Shown here: piece after piece, positions 37,721 through 49,122 of the stretch
Layout: each line of letters opens with the position of its first letter
Numbering within the stretch: the stretch's first letter is position 1
Origin: Squalus acanthias
Taxonomy: Eukaryota
DNA length: 64,000 nt
Direction: 5' to 3'
NCBI GenBank assembly: GCA_030390025.1
Contig: CM059435.1
Location: 39,866,001-39,930,000, forward strand
Notes under the pieces: model-generated
What the model was told of the DNA's origin: nothing
The model's database searches: none
Seen by the model: only the letters and a program-made list of their open reading frames with translations
Program-made: the position numbers and the translations under genes

Positions 37721-40700
37721 TAGATTGAAAGCTAATTTTGGGAAGATAATTTATCTCAAAAGATGTGCAAACAGACTTCCATTAATTAAACATCTTTTTT
37801 TGAATAGGAGTAAAAATCAGTCTCTTTAATGAAGGGAGTGGGGGGGAAGAATTTGAATCGCTTTCTGTTCTGCATAACTTGAGAGCAGTAAATTTGGACC
37901 AAAAATGTCCAATCCAATCTGTTGGGAAACACATTCTCCATAAGTTACTGTAAATTACCTCAACTGCAGCCAGATTGCTGAACATTATAAATAGATGCTG
38001 AATTGTGCTGCAATGGAAAGAGGAACAAAATTCCAAGTTTGGTCTTCATATTGTGTGAGAGAGAACTGAACATGGCAGACAAAAATAGTGAAAAAGTGCA
38101 CCTTTATGCCTTGAGCTCAATATGCTACTTCAGCTCAGTTTTGTAATGATGTGAAGTGGAACTGAAATTGAGTTTAATTGTTGAGCCTCCCACTGCCATA
38201 CTGGCAAGGACTTGTGTTTTAGACCATTCAGAATATTTATTCTGACCCCTTCACATTTGCAATTTTTCTCTATTGACAATTTAACTAGTTTTACCATTGT
38301 TGCCTCTCGTGCTAGTGTTCCCAGTTACTAGAATGTTAATCTCCTCAATTATGGGATTCTGTTTAAACTGACTTCATTAGATAAGACAGTTAGCACTTCA
38401 TTTAGATTGTCTAGCCAGTATTAAATTGTAAACTATAATTGAAAATGGATTTCTCTTTTGCAAATCTTGTTTTAACATCCTTTACAGTTAGAATTGTATT
38501 TGATAGTTGCTCATGTAATAAGGGCCACTGGCAAAGCTGTTTCATTCTATATCTAGGCATTTTTCCACTGCAGTTAAATAATTATTATATGCCATGTGCT
38601 AATTAAACCAAAGCATGTTAGTGTAATTACTATACAGTTCAGTCACTGTCATGTGAGGATGTGTAATGGTGAATGAGAGTATCCCTAAGTTTTCCGTTTT
38701 TAATGATTAACTCGACTTTTGACAGTCTCCACTTGCTGAGCCATGCAATTCCCTGGAATCTTGTTATTTGAGTGTCGAGTTATTTGGTTTCTTTTACACC
38801 TCCTCCTCCTTTCAGTTGCACGTGGAGATAGCATCTGGTTCGAGTGTGGTCTGTAGTTTTTGATTTTTCTATCTAAATCATTTAGTCTCTAGTTGTGTAT
38901 AACTCTCAAAAAAGTAGAAAAAGGTACTTTAAAATAAAAACCATCTGGAACCAGCACCAGACTAGTGTATTCTTGCTAGTTTAACACTTTTAATTTTCTA
39001 TTTTGTTTTTCTGGTTTTAACTTTAGTTTTAATCTGTTGAATTATTTTTAATCTGGATTTAACTTTTATAAAACATTGAAAATGGAGGTTTGGGGCTGTT
39101 GGTGTAATCCCCAGTATTTGACATTCTCGTGCATGCTCTCGCACAATTTTAGCATGGAATATTGATGCTATATGGGTGTTCAGTGTGTGGTTTATTGTAG
39201 TTGCTATGATTTTTCTTTCAAACACCTGAACTCAGCAATGTGTCTGTTGTAGCATTTGTCTGACCTGGAGAGCTCTGCATATAACGGAAATGAGGAAATA
39301 AGTTTGCTTAAGTGGTATGCATTTAATTCTGTATACTATAACCGTGTTGTCTAATAGAAATCGCTAACTAGCCACAGGTGTGGTTATGGTTAATTACACT
39401 GTTTAGCCGCATTAATTCTAGTAGAAAACACAGTAAAATGCAAGTAAATGTACATCACGTATTATTACTTAAACTTCTACCACCATTCAGCGTGAAACTT
39501 TGTAGTCTTTCTCTTTCACCAAAGTTTGGGATTCTGGCATGAAAGATCACATGACCAACAAGGGTGTCTTTATTTTTCTTTTTATCAATCAAAAATGCAA
39601 TTGGCCACATCTGGATTCCCAATTAGCCACATGTGGCTAATGTATTGGACAATACTGCACTAGAGGCAGAGATTTGTTCAAACTGGCTTCTGGTTTATTG
39701 TACCAATTTTATAGTGTAAGCCAGACTATTGAGCATGCATTTATATTAGTGATACAGCAGCAGTTAATACAATGCAGTACTTCCCGTCCATAATCACTGT
39801 GCACATTGATTCTCTTATGAGAGGGATTGTTACAGGAAGTGTGGTCAATGCTACTTCCTCTAACTGTATAAATGTGTGAAAGTAATGTTAAAGCTTGTTT
39901 TGTTCTCATTACAAAAGTAATAGTTTGTACTGGAGGTTTTAAGCAAGCAATACTTTCTGTAGATTTTCCACGACAGTATGGCATGTGGATATTTTTTATT
40001 TTAGATTTTTTTTCGCTCATTTTAGATTTTGGAAAAATATAGATTTTTAAATGTGATCCACTGCGGGAAAGAGCCATGTTACTGATTTGAAAATTCTTAA
40101 ACAAAACTGAACTCTGCTTGGCCAGCCATGGCAATTAGTACTTCAAGTTGGTTCTTCAGCTGCTTTTAAATTGACTTTGGAGGTTGTACCAACACCATTT
40201 GGTCCTCGACATGTGGATTTTTCACAGCCAGTGGCATCTCCAGCGTAAGCTTGCCACATTTGTAAATCCTAGCTGGCAGGAAAACTCATTTACCAGGTCA
40301 GGTCTTCCCGGTGACCTGACTTAATGGATTTTGTAAGTTTACCTGGGGGTTGTCCCCAGCGATGCGAGTCTCCCACTTGGGGGAATTGGTGATGCTGATC
40401 TCCACTTCGTGCGAACGCAGCAATTGACAAGCTCCTAATGTTGATGGTCTTGCCGCCTCAACTTGTGCTGACCAGATTATACAGTAATCTTAGAGCATCA
40501 AAACTACATGTGTGTATGTCATGACGTTGCATGTTTAATTTATGACCGCTATGTTTAAAACTTTTGAGGAGGCCAATGTATCCATTGTGAGGTACTAACA
40601 TTGCTAATAATGCAGGTAATACCTGATGCATCAACTTCACAAGCCCAAATGTTGCAGCTAACCATGGCTTTTAGAGCATTGTATTGATTTTTTAAACTCG

Positions 40701-41374
40701 AACTGTCACTGCAAGGCTACCAAAAGGAAAGGCACGGATGCTTCTGATTTTAGTGTAGTTGCCAATTTACATGAATGCCGCAGCAAAATACAAATGTTTA
40801 TACAGATGGACAAAATAGAACCGACTGCAATTTCAATCAAACATTGGAAGTGGGTTCAAGTCCTTCTCTGATGTGATGCTAGTGTTCTAGCTTTTTTTGG
40901 AAAGGGGGAATATTTCTAAAGACCACACATGTCTCTTTTTACAGTAATGTTTTTTTTCCAGGCCTTTGGAAAAGCTTGCTCATTTCTGGATTAGCAATGA
41001 TGTGGAATAATATTGTACAGTAGGACTGCTTAATGTACAGTCAGCAGAACTTATTTAGTATTCTGATGGAAGTGGGTGGATGTGTTTTGCCAGATATAAA
41101 ATATGCAATTCTACAGAAAGAACAGTGGCTTATTTTGAAACTTTTAAGTACAGCACCAGTATGTTGCAACAAAATAATAATGGGCTGTGTGGTAAACTTG
41201 GCACAACCACAAGTACCACCTGCTGCACAAAGCACTTTGTGTGCAGCTAGGTTCCAACAGTACCAGCACAAATTAATCTATGATGTGTGATTAAAGAAAT
41301 ATGACTGCAGTTCATCCCTCTCCCTCTCCCTCTCCCTTCTACAGTAGTGCTATATTTCCACATGCAGAATAGTA

Positions 41375-41736
41375 CAGGAAACTCTTTATTAACCGGCACT
41401 GACCGGACCGGCGTGGTGCCGGTTAATCAAAAAGTCCGGATAATGGAGAGTTATATCTCCCAACGTAAGAGGGCCCCGTACACATTGACATGCGCCTGCA
41501 TTCGGAGCTCCGTCTCCCCGGGGACCGCCAGCTGACCATCTGTCGTGTCCGCTGCCTACCCGGGCTGCACACTCCCCTCCCAATCTACACGCTCCGATAC
41601 AAGGCAAACGCCTCGGTTTTTTTTTTAAAGTTAATTTTAAACGAGAGATGACGGAAAACCCCGGTTACCTACTCAAGAATTTTGCCGGTTAAGAGAGATT
41701 TCCGGATATTTGGGTGCCGGTTAATAGAGTTTCCTG
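41375..41736. mobile_element. Tc1/mariner (pogo/Tigger-like) MITE, 362 bp
   Basis: TIRs caggaaactctttattaaccggcac / gtgccggttaatagagtttcctg, TA on both sides (41373-41374, 41737-41738), subterminal ccggttaa repeats. Confidence 0.9.
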
Positions 41737-41870
41737 TACTCTGATTTAAAATGAATGTGTTTGCCTTGCTTCAAGATTTTCCACCAGAGGCCTGTAGCAC
41801 TGTATGTGTAATACTCAAATCTTCAGTTTGCAGCACAGAAAATACCTCCAGCCGAGATTCTTCAGGCCCA

Positions 41871-42314
41871 GTGTCGGCTGTGGTTCAGTTAGTACCACCC
41901 TCGCCTCCGAGTCAGAAGGTTGTGGGTTCAAGTCCCACTCCAGAGACTTGAGCACAAAAATCCAATGCAGTACTGCTGCACTGTCGGAGGTGCCGTCTTT
42001 CGGATGAGATGTTAAACCGAGGCCCTGTCTCAGGTGGATGTAAAAGATCCTATGGCACTATTCCAAAGAAGAGCAGGGGAGTTATCCCCGGTGTGTTGGC
42101 CAATATTTATCCCTCAATCAACATCTAAAAAAACAGATTATCTGGTTATTATCACATTGCTGTTTATGGGAGCTTGCTGTGTGCGAATTGGTTGCTGCAT
42201 TTCCTACATTACAACAGTGACTACACTTCAGAAAGTACTTCATTGGCTGTAAAGCACTTTGGGACGTCTGGCGGTTGTGAAAGGTGCTATCTAAATGCAA
42301 GCCTTTTTCTTTTT
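41871..42314 (+). mobile_element. DeuSINE (SacSINE1/AmnSINE1-like), near full-length
   Basis: tRNA-like head (gtggttcagttag, ggttcaagtcc), Deu-like core ggtggatgtaaaagatcctatggcacta...tggccaatatttatccctca, L2-type tail gtaaagcactttggga...tgctatctaaatgcaag. Confidence 0.9.
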
Positions 42315-43089
42315 CTGAAGATTGTTTTCTCCACTATTCAGGCAGCAGAGATCAGAAATGCCACAGTGCTCTAAATTAGCAGATCGCTTTCTTATTTTAA
42401 AGTATAAGTGTACATGTGGATAGTAGTGTAACTTATTTTTTTGTGGGTTATTTGCCCGAATTAAGTTTCTTGGAGGAAAAACCTCTCAACCATGGGGTTT
42501 CAAGTTAGGGACTCATTGAGTTTCTGTATATTTCTTTTATTTGCTGTACTACTAGTATTTTTGTCTGCTAATGTAAAGTGACAATGGGGCTAAACATAAA
42601 GAAAACTTGGGAAAAGTGAGTTTTTTAAAAAGGAAGTAAATGGGGAAACTCAATATTTAGACTGGTAATTTGAAAATGTTATTCAAAAATGGTTTCAGCA
42701 ATATTAACACTGTTTACTTTTGGGTAGCTGCCCTTCTCTTGGACAGGGATCTCCAGAATGTCTCCATATTTGCAGGCAATCTCCCATACATAAGTTTGCA
42801 CACCACTATTTGTAAATGTTTTGAGTTTCATATTTGCTTTTTAAAAAAAAAAAGCTTTCACTTTTTTTCCCTTTTAACCCCATTTTCAGTTTAGATCAGC
42901 AGAAGAAGCAGGTCCTTCTTTCATACAGTAATAATGGTCAGGCTACAAAATTCCTGACCAACACCTGCTGAATAACGTACGGTGCTTTTTACATTCAAGC
43001 AGTTGCATAGTTCTCTCATTGTTGCTGGTACTCCTTTTTATTAAAAAAAAATATATAAATGATGATCTGCAGGGAACCAATGGCCTGCA

Positions 43090-43610
43090 GGTATCATTCT
43101 TGATGATTAAGAAATCCACAAACTCTCTGCACTTGTTGGAGGTGAGGGTGGAATGGCTTGGCAGAGGGATCATGAGACGATTGATAGGTGGAGAAAAGAA
43201 GTCAGGTGGTTATCCTTGCTCTCCAGCAGGCTCCTACAGCTGTGTGATTTTTGGCAGGAAACTCATGTCAAGTAGAGCTTGATGTGGCCGGACCAGAGCG
43301 AACTAAACCAGTTGTCTGCTAAATACAGAAGTCTGCACCCCTTAGACTTGAGTGATGGTTTTGGGGCTGGGGGGAGGTATACTATGAAGAACGACCAGGA
43401 TGGGAGATTAAAGTTTTGCTGGCGGTAAGGGCATCGAAGAGGGAGTAGTTGAGCAAATCAACAGCTGCAGAGGTATTGTGGCAAATGGAGGGCCAAAGGC
43501 GTGGCAGTTGTTGGCTTGAAAGTGCTGTTGTAAGCTGCATGGGAATTTTTTTTCCTCTGGTGGAGATAAGTGGTGAGTTGTACAAGGAAGTGGTTGGAGA
43601 TGGCCTTGTT
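43090..43610 (-). mobile_element. L2 LINE ORF2 internal fragment
   Basis: Minus-strand peptides AAVDLLNYSLFDALTASKTLISHPGRS and STLTSNKCREFVDFLIIK resemble the L2 region between endonuclease and RT. Confidence 0.7.
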
Positions 43611-44269
43611 TCGTCTCGATCACTGAAAAGAATATGATGAGAATCAAGAACACTCTTAGACAGTTGTAGTGCCCAACACTACATACAGGTTGATGCTGAA
43701 ATACTTTTTTGCCTTCCTATGAATAGATTTGTTTTCAACAAAATAGTCATTTTTGGATTTTTAAGCAATAAAACTCTACCAAACACAATCTTAAAGTCTA
43801 TTTAACATTGAATAGTTGCATCTTTTTAAAAAAAAACATTTATTTCTATACCTCGTATGTGCACATTGCTCCACTTCTGTTTTCCGTACCGAATTCATAC
43901 ACATTCATTGCTCGCAGGATATTTACAATGACCCCAGTCACTTTTTGTGTCTCCTTTTGCAGTTGACTGATGGCGTATTTTTTTTAATTTAAAAGGACTG
44001 TGAAAATGCCCATTTATACTAAAATTGGAAAAATTGTCAGGTTGGAGCTGAGATTGTCAGTGGGGGGTGGTGAACACTGAAAACCAGTAAAGCCCAAAAT
44101 AATGAACTTGTTGAATTTTATTACAGTGCCACCAAGTGGCAACATTTTGGGAACTGCAGATAGCTAGGCATTGTTTTATGTTTTATTTCCTGGTCTTGTT
44201 GGAAACAACCTCCTGAGGTGGGGTCTTTTAACTATGGAAGTTAACAATTTGATTTCAAGACCTTTTTGT

Positions 44270-44560
44270 TATGAGTGGGGTGGGGGGGAGGGGTAGAATC
44301 AGGGAAACATGAGAGGCCTCATTGGCAAAGATGAGTAATGATAGGTGGGCTGGAAATGTGGGTGGCGGTATAGTATTGAGGTTAGAGCTGGGAATGGTCC
44401 AGGAGACTGGAGGGCCTGAAGAAGGAGTTGAGTGCATAGCTTCAGTTTTGTGAATGCAGAAATAGTTCCTCAGAACTGGCGTCTTCTATGCTGATGGCAG
44501 GAGCGGGGGTGGGGAGGGAGCTCGGGAGGTGAAGAGGAATATGGTGATTTCCTTTCCCTT
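44270..44560 (-). mobile_element. Probable L2 LINE fragment
   Basis: Purine-rich plus strand; the minus strand resembles the L2 pre-RT segment (ctcatctttgccaatgaggcctctcatgtttccctgattcta). Confidence 0.45.
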
Positions 44561-45114
44561 CTGGAATTAATAAGATTTAGTTGCAGAGGGCGAAGCAGTA
44601 TTTATTTTAGGGTGGTTCAGCCAGTTAAGGCAGTGGATGCCTAGGGTAGTTGTGGTTATCAGTCAGAAAAGTTTGGTAGTTTTTCTCAAGTTGTGTATAA
44701 TTTTTTTCCACATATAAATTGATTGCATTGTTAATGAAACCTGCGGACTGACTACTAACCTTAATCTTTATCAAAATATTTTACTGAGTTCTTGAATATT
44801 GCTATAGAGAAACTGGAAATTGTATATTTCTCCAGATTGTCAGTTGTTGGTAATCTGGCCACAGCTCAGCAACTGCCAATAAATCTATCTTTTTTGTTAG
44901 AAGTAGAACTTCTAATGTTTACAGTTGGGTTCAAAGGCAAAACTGGAGAATCCAGAAATCTGAGTAGAGGACACTCCCATTTTAAGAAATTTCAGTAAGT
45001 ATTTTAGCCTCTCTGATTTGACTAATGACATTGGGACAAACATGCCCAGAAAATGCTGTATGCCAGTTGCCAGACTGGGAGATGAGTCTGTCTTTTAGTC
45101 TGCAGTGAAACATT

Positions 45115-45841
45115 GGCCGGATTTTGCGGTCAGCGGTGAACAAACGGCGCCAGCCATTCATTATGCTTGCACTTGCCACAAACTTTCTATGGACTTTCTC
45201 ACTGGAACTTGCTGTGATTAGAAAGCCATTTTGGCACAGTGGCCTCCACAGGGGATCTAGGACTTGTGTGAACAGGTCAAGCAACTGTGTATCTCCTTCT
45301 CCTGGACCAATCCGATTGAAGCATTGTTAATGAGCAGTGCAGTGTCTGAACCAGGAAGTGTAAGTTAAGTATATTTAATTCAATGCCAAATCATATACAG
45401 AAAGTGAAAGGGGGAAGAAAGATGGGATTAAAAGAAAGAGAAAATACAAAACAATTTTTTAAATCTCCAACAATAATTAAAAGCTGAAGGATTGAGACTC
45501 CACACTTGTAAAAGTTAATTTTCAGTGCCAGAGAGGTTGTTTGGAAGTAATGAAGACTTATCACGGCATTTTTTAAAAGATTACTTGCACTAGAATAGAC
45601 AGTCCTAATTTTTTCTCGCGAGTTTAGTGGATATTTATCATGTGGGTACAGCAACTTCACACATTCCATGGGTTTTGAACAGAGTCTCTTGACGAGATAT
45701 TGGTAGAGTGAAGCTTTTGGAGGAGCAGGGCAACTCTGACAACAACTTCCTGACTTCTGCATGCTGTTGCGCTGTACGGTTTACACTTTAATGATGGTGA
45801 GCTGATAGCCTCACCATTATTTCTGCCACAAAATCCAGGCC
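45115..45841. mobile_element. Harbinger-type MITE (older), ~727 bp
   Basis: Imperfect TIRs ggccggattttgcggtcag / ctgccacaaaatccaggcc; TSD degraded (att/gat). Confidence 0.6.
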
Positions 45842-46312
45842 GATAAGTCCAAAGGAAAAATGGAGTCAGACTACCAGGTCTCCAGTTTAGCAGAAACAAC
45901 TGTGCATAGAAGTGAATGTTTACTAGGTTTCGAACTGGGGCTGTCTTTGATGAGGCCTGCCAAAGAGTAACTTGGTTTGGATTTTCTAATCTTATTGTTC
46001 TTTATGTCCCTGACATTTACATTGCAGTGGAAAGTAGTTATACAAATTTGTGCAAAGTATCTTGTTTTGAATTGGAACTTTTTTTTACCATCCATAGTTA
46101 TTTTTAGCACTGAAGCATATTGTTTAAACAATCAGTTTTTTTGTTGCACAATATATTAACGGTTTAAATAGTTTTAATCTTATTTTGAATGCTCTGTATT
46201 CTATTTTCAGCAATTGAAACCCCTGCATCTGTAAGTACAAGGACACAAGAAAAGCAAGCTTTTGAGATTGAAATTGAAACTCTAAAGCTTTGTATTGTCT
46301 CAAAATAATGTG

Positions 46313-46858
46313 ATGAGAATACAATATCAAGACGACCAGGAAAGAACATCTGAAGAAGAGCTTATGCCTTGGTTTACTGACCAGCCTACTCATGAATTTG
46401 TGATGAAATCTACTGAGAGCTCCATAATGAAAACATCTGAGGATGTCAAAGAAGAAAATGTGAACTTAACACTTGGTGATTTTTCTGATGCAAAAAATTC
46501 TATTGAACACCATTGTTCAATTTGTGACCAGTGCTTTCCTTTCAGTAGCCTTTTAGCACAACACATGCACATGCATACAAATGAAAAGCCATTTAAGTGT
46601 CCCTTTTGTGACCATAGAACGTCCCAGAAATCAAATTTGAAAATTCATCTTCGAAAGCACAAACTAGACCATTTGCAACAAGGAAGAAAAACTGGAAGAA
46701 ATAAGGCCAATCTGTCACCTACAAGCTTTGATTGCCCAAATACTTTGTCTAATAGCATCAGTCCTAATGATGCTGAAATGACTGAGACTGATCAGCCAAT
46801 AAATGGTGTTGCTTTGTCTTTTGACAGGTTTGGAAGGAAATGTTGCAGTCCAAGCTGA
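46313..46858 (+). CDS. ZNF217: ZNF217 first coding exon, 5' reading frame: two ZNF516-like C2H2 fingers plus linker; exon acceptor at 46210/46211
   Basis: Acceptor ctattttcag|caattg; first in-frame ATG at 46313; CSICDQCFPFSSLLAQHMHMH-TNEKPF-KCPFCDHRTSQKSNLKIHLRKH (46514-46660); this frame stops at 46856-46858, out of frame with the downstream ORF. Confidence 0.75.
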   Translation: MRIQYQDDQERTSEEELMPWFTDQPTHEFVMKSTESSIMKTSEDVKEENVNLTLGDFSDAKNSIEHHCSICDQCFPFSSLLAQHMHMHTNEKPFKCPFCDHRTSQKSNLKIHLRKHKLDHLQQGRKTGRNKANLSPTSFDCPNTLSNSISPNDAEMTETDQPINGVALSFDRFGRKCCSPS

Positions 46859-48090
46859 AGAATGTCCACCTCTGCCTTGTATGTTTTGTAATAAAGGCTT
46901 TCGACACTCAGAAGAACTCCGTCACCATGTAGTGATTCAGCACAGGCCTACGTTATGTGAGCCCGCGGTCCTCCAGGTGGAGGAAGGGTTGAGTCCTATC
47001 GAAGAGGCGCATATTACAGCAAGTTCTCCAGAACAAGAGGCAAATGATGAAAACGAAGATGGTGAGCTCAGCTGTAAAGTTTGTGGACTGTCCTGCGAGA
47101 GTGCTTTGAGTCTGGAAACACACATGAGGAAACACAAGGATTCATTTACCTATGGTTGTAATGTATGTGGCCGACGTTTTAAGGAGCCTTGGTTTCTAAA
47201 AAACCATATGCGAACGCATGCGAGTAAAGCTAGGGGCAAATCTCAGCAGGATTTGGAAGGTCCTGCAACTATCAATAATGTTGCTATGCAAGAACCAATT
47301 TCAGGAAACGTTGCCTCTCCTTACAAAATGTGCATGGTTTGTGGATTTCTTTTCCCGAATAAAGACAGCTTGAAAGAACATAGTAAAGTTCACAACAAAG
47401 ATCTCACCGATGATGATAGAATGGACGATTACTCCTTAAATCAGGAAGTTGCGATCTCGCAGGAAGCATTCCTGCAGATGCTGAATTTAAATCCCCTCTT
47501 GTCACACAATTGTAACAAGCCTGTGAAGCTGGGAAAATGGATATCTGAACTTGATCCTTTCAATACGTACCAAGCTTGGCAGCTGGCTACTAAGGGAAAA
47601 GTGGCAGTTGGCCGAGAGAATGTGAAAGATCCAGGGCAAATGGCAAACTCTGAGAATGAAGAGGAACCTTCTGACAAAGAGGATTCCAGTGAGCATTGGA
47701 CCATAGAGAAAGGCAATCATGGACCTACCTTGGAGAACCTAGAAAAGTCTAAAATCAAAAACAGCAGTCTAGGCCAGAATGGACTGCCTCCTATGGGAGA
47801 TGTGGACATTGACCCGAAATTGACCCAGAATAAACTTAAACCGACCAACTGCGCAATGTGTGGTAAGATTTTTAGAACCTACCATCAGTTAGTGCTCCAC
47901 TCCCGAGTACACAGGAAAGGCAGGAAAAGTGTGGAGAATCCTCCAAATTCAGTTGATGGCAGTGAAGCTGGCACTCAATCCATAGACTCCGTTACAGCAG
48001 TTGAAGACCATAGCCCAGGAGCTGACAAACCTGAGGAGGGCTCTGAAGAGGGCTCAGAAGATGGAGTACTAGGAGAAGGACTTTCATCAG
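46803..48090 (+). CDS. ZNF217: ZNF217 first coding exon, 3' reading frame (fingers equivalent to human ZF1-ZF5)
   Basis: QHRPTLCEPAVLQVE, HKDSFTYGCNVCGRRFKEPWFLKNHMRTH, SPYKMCMVCGFLFPNK, LDPFNTYQAWQLATKGKVA and CGKIFRTYHQLVLHSRVH match human ZNF217 as recalled; donor CAG|gtagga at 48090/48091, phase 1. Confidence 0.95.
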
Positions 48091-48338
48091 GTAGGAAGGT
48101 TATAAACCTATTGGGATGCTTGGGTCTAATGCTCTTTTACATTTCTTGCCAACTCTCAATTTTCAGAATTTGAAAATACTTTGTCTTCGATAAGAATCTG
48201 TGCAAACTTCTGCCACAGTATCTCAAGATAGAAGAGCCCAAATTTTTGGTGATCCTATTGTCAAATTTAGTAGCCTTCCAAAAAAAAATTGTCTTCCCTA
48301 GTCCTTTTTAAGGTTTGAAAGTGTACACCTAGAAAGAA

Positions 48339-48550
48339 TGCCATGATGTGGAGATGCCGGTGTTGGACTGGGGTGGACAAATGTGAGAAGTCGCACAACA
48401 CCAGGTTATAGTCCAACAGTTTTATTTGAAATCTCAAGCTTTCGGAGCGCTGCTCCTTCGTCAGGTGAAGCGTGACGAAGGAGCAGCGCTCCGAAAGCTT
48501 GTGATTTCAAATAAAACTGTTTGACTATAACCTGGTGTTGTGCGACTTCT
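48339..48550. mobile_element. Young Penelope-like foldback insertion (second family) with 13-bp TSD
   Basis: TSD cacctagaaagaa at 48326-48338 and 48551-48563; 81-bp inverted arms 48383-48463 / 48473-48553 with 2 mismatches; hammerhead core in each arm. Confidence 0.85.
48432..48468 (-). ncRNA. Minimal type I hammerhead ribozyme motif (Penelope-type)
   Basis: Minus strand: ucac CUGACGA A GGAGC agc GCUCC GAAA GC UU gaga; palindromic AAGCUU helix III; one mismatch in helix I. Confidence 0.7.
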
Positions 48551-49122
48551 CACCTAGAAAGAAGTGGTTTCTTGCTAAAATGTGCAATTGGATTCTCTCC
48601 AATTAATGCATGTCTTGAGGGATAGTGGGTAGTGGTTAAAACGAATGTGAAGCTTACTTTTTTTTTGCTAAGCAGTGAGAATATTGGGCTACAATATTTA
48701 AAAGGTTTCATTAAATCTCAGATTCTTAGACTCCTGTTTGGTTACTTATGTGCCAATGTATTTGAAATATATAGCAATAAGCACCAGGAATTGCAGTGGA
48801 GTATATTGTCTTAAGACTGTTAAAACAAAAAACATTTTTGTGACACATTAAGCACTTTTGTGTTCTTGGCTTCTAACATTATGCAAATATTCATAAGTGA
48901 TTAACACACACTTCACTTAGAAATCATATTCCATTACAGGTTTTAATTGGTTTGCCTGTGCCTGATGTCTGAGGAAGGGTCCAAGCCATTTGATTCAAAT
49001 ACATTTTGTGGGTTTTGATCAAATGTGAATTTGACAGACTATTTAAATATGTTTGGTCCTGGTAACTTTTTTTTAAAGTATTTATCAAGCTGTCTTGCTT
49101 AAATCAGTTTAAAAATTGCTTC

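Noticed and set aside
40335-40390. U1 snRNA-like start (ttacctgg)
   Set aside because: Similarity is limited to a few bases; no Sm site or U1 stem-loop sequence follows.
41871-41945. tRNA gene
   Set aside because: The A/B boxes are the head of a DeuSINE; no full cloverleaf or terminator.
46806-46827. A 22-nt GT-AG intron (gtgttgctttgtcttttgacag) whose removal would restore the reading frame
   Set aside because: Far below the minimum vertebrate spliceosomal intron size and has a poor donor; it would be an annotation-style frame fix only.
48091-48173. Hydrophobic C-terminal tail of the 456-aa ORF (RKVINLLGCLGLMLFY...)
   Set aside because: Intronic read-through past the donor at 48091. The same applies to 60481-60538, 62261-62289 and 54088-54136.
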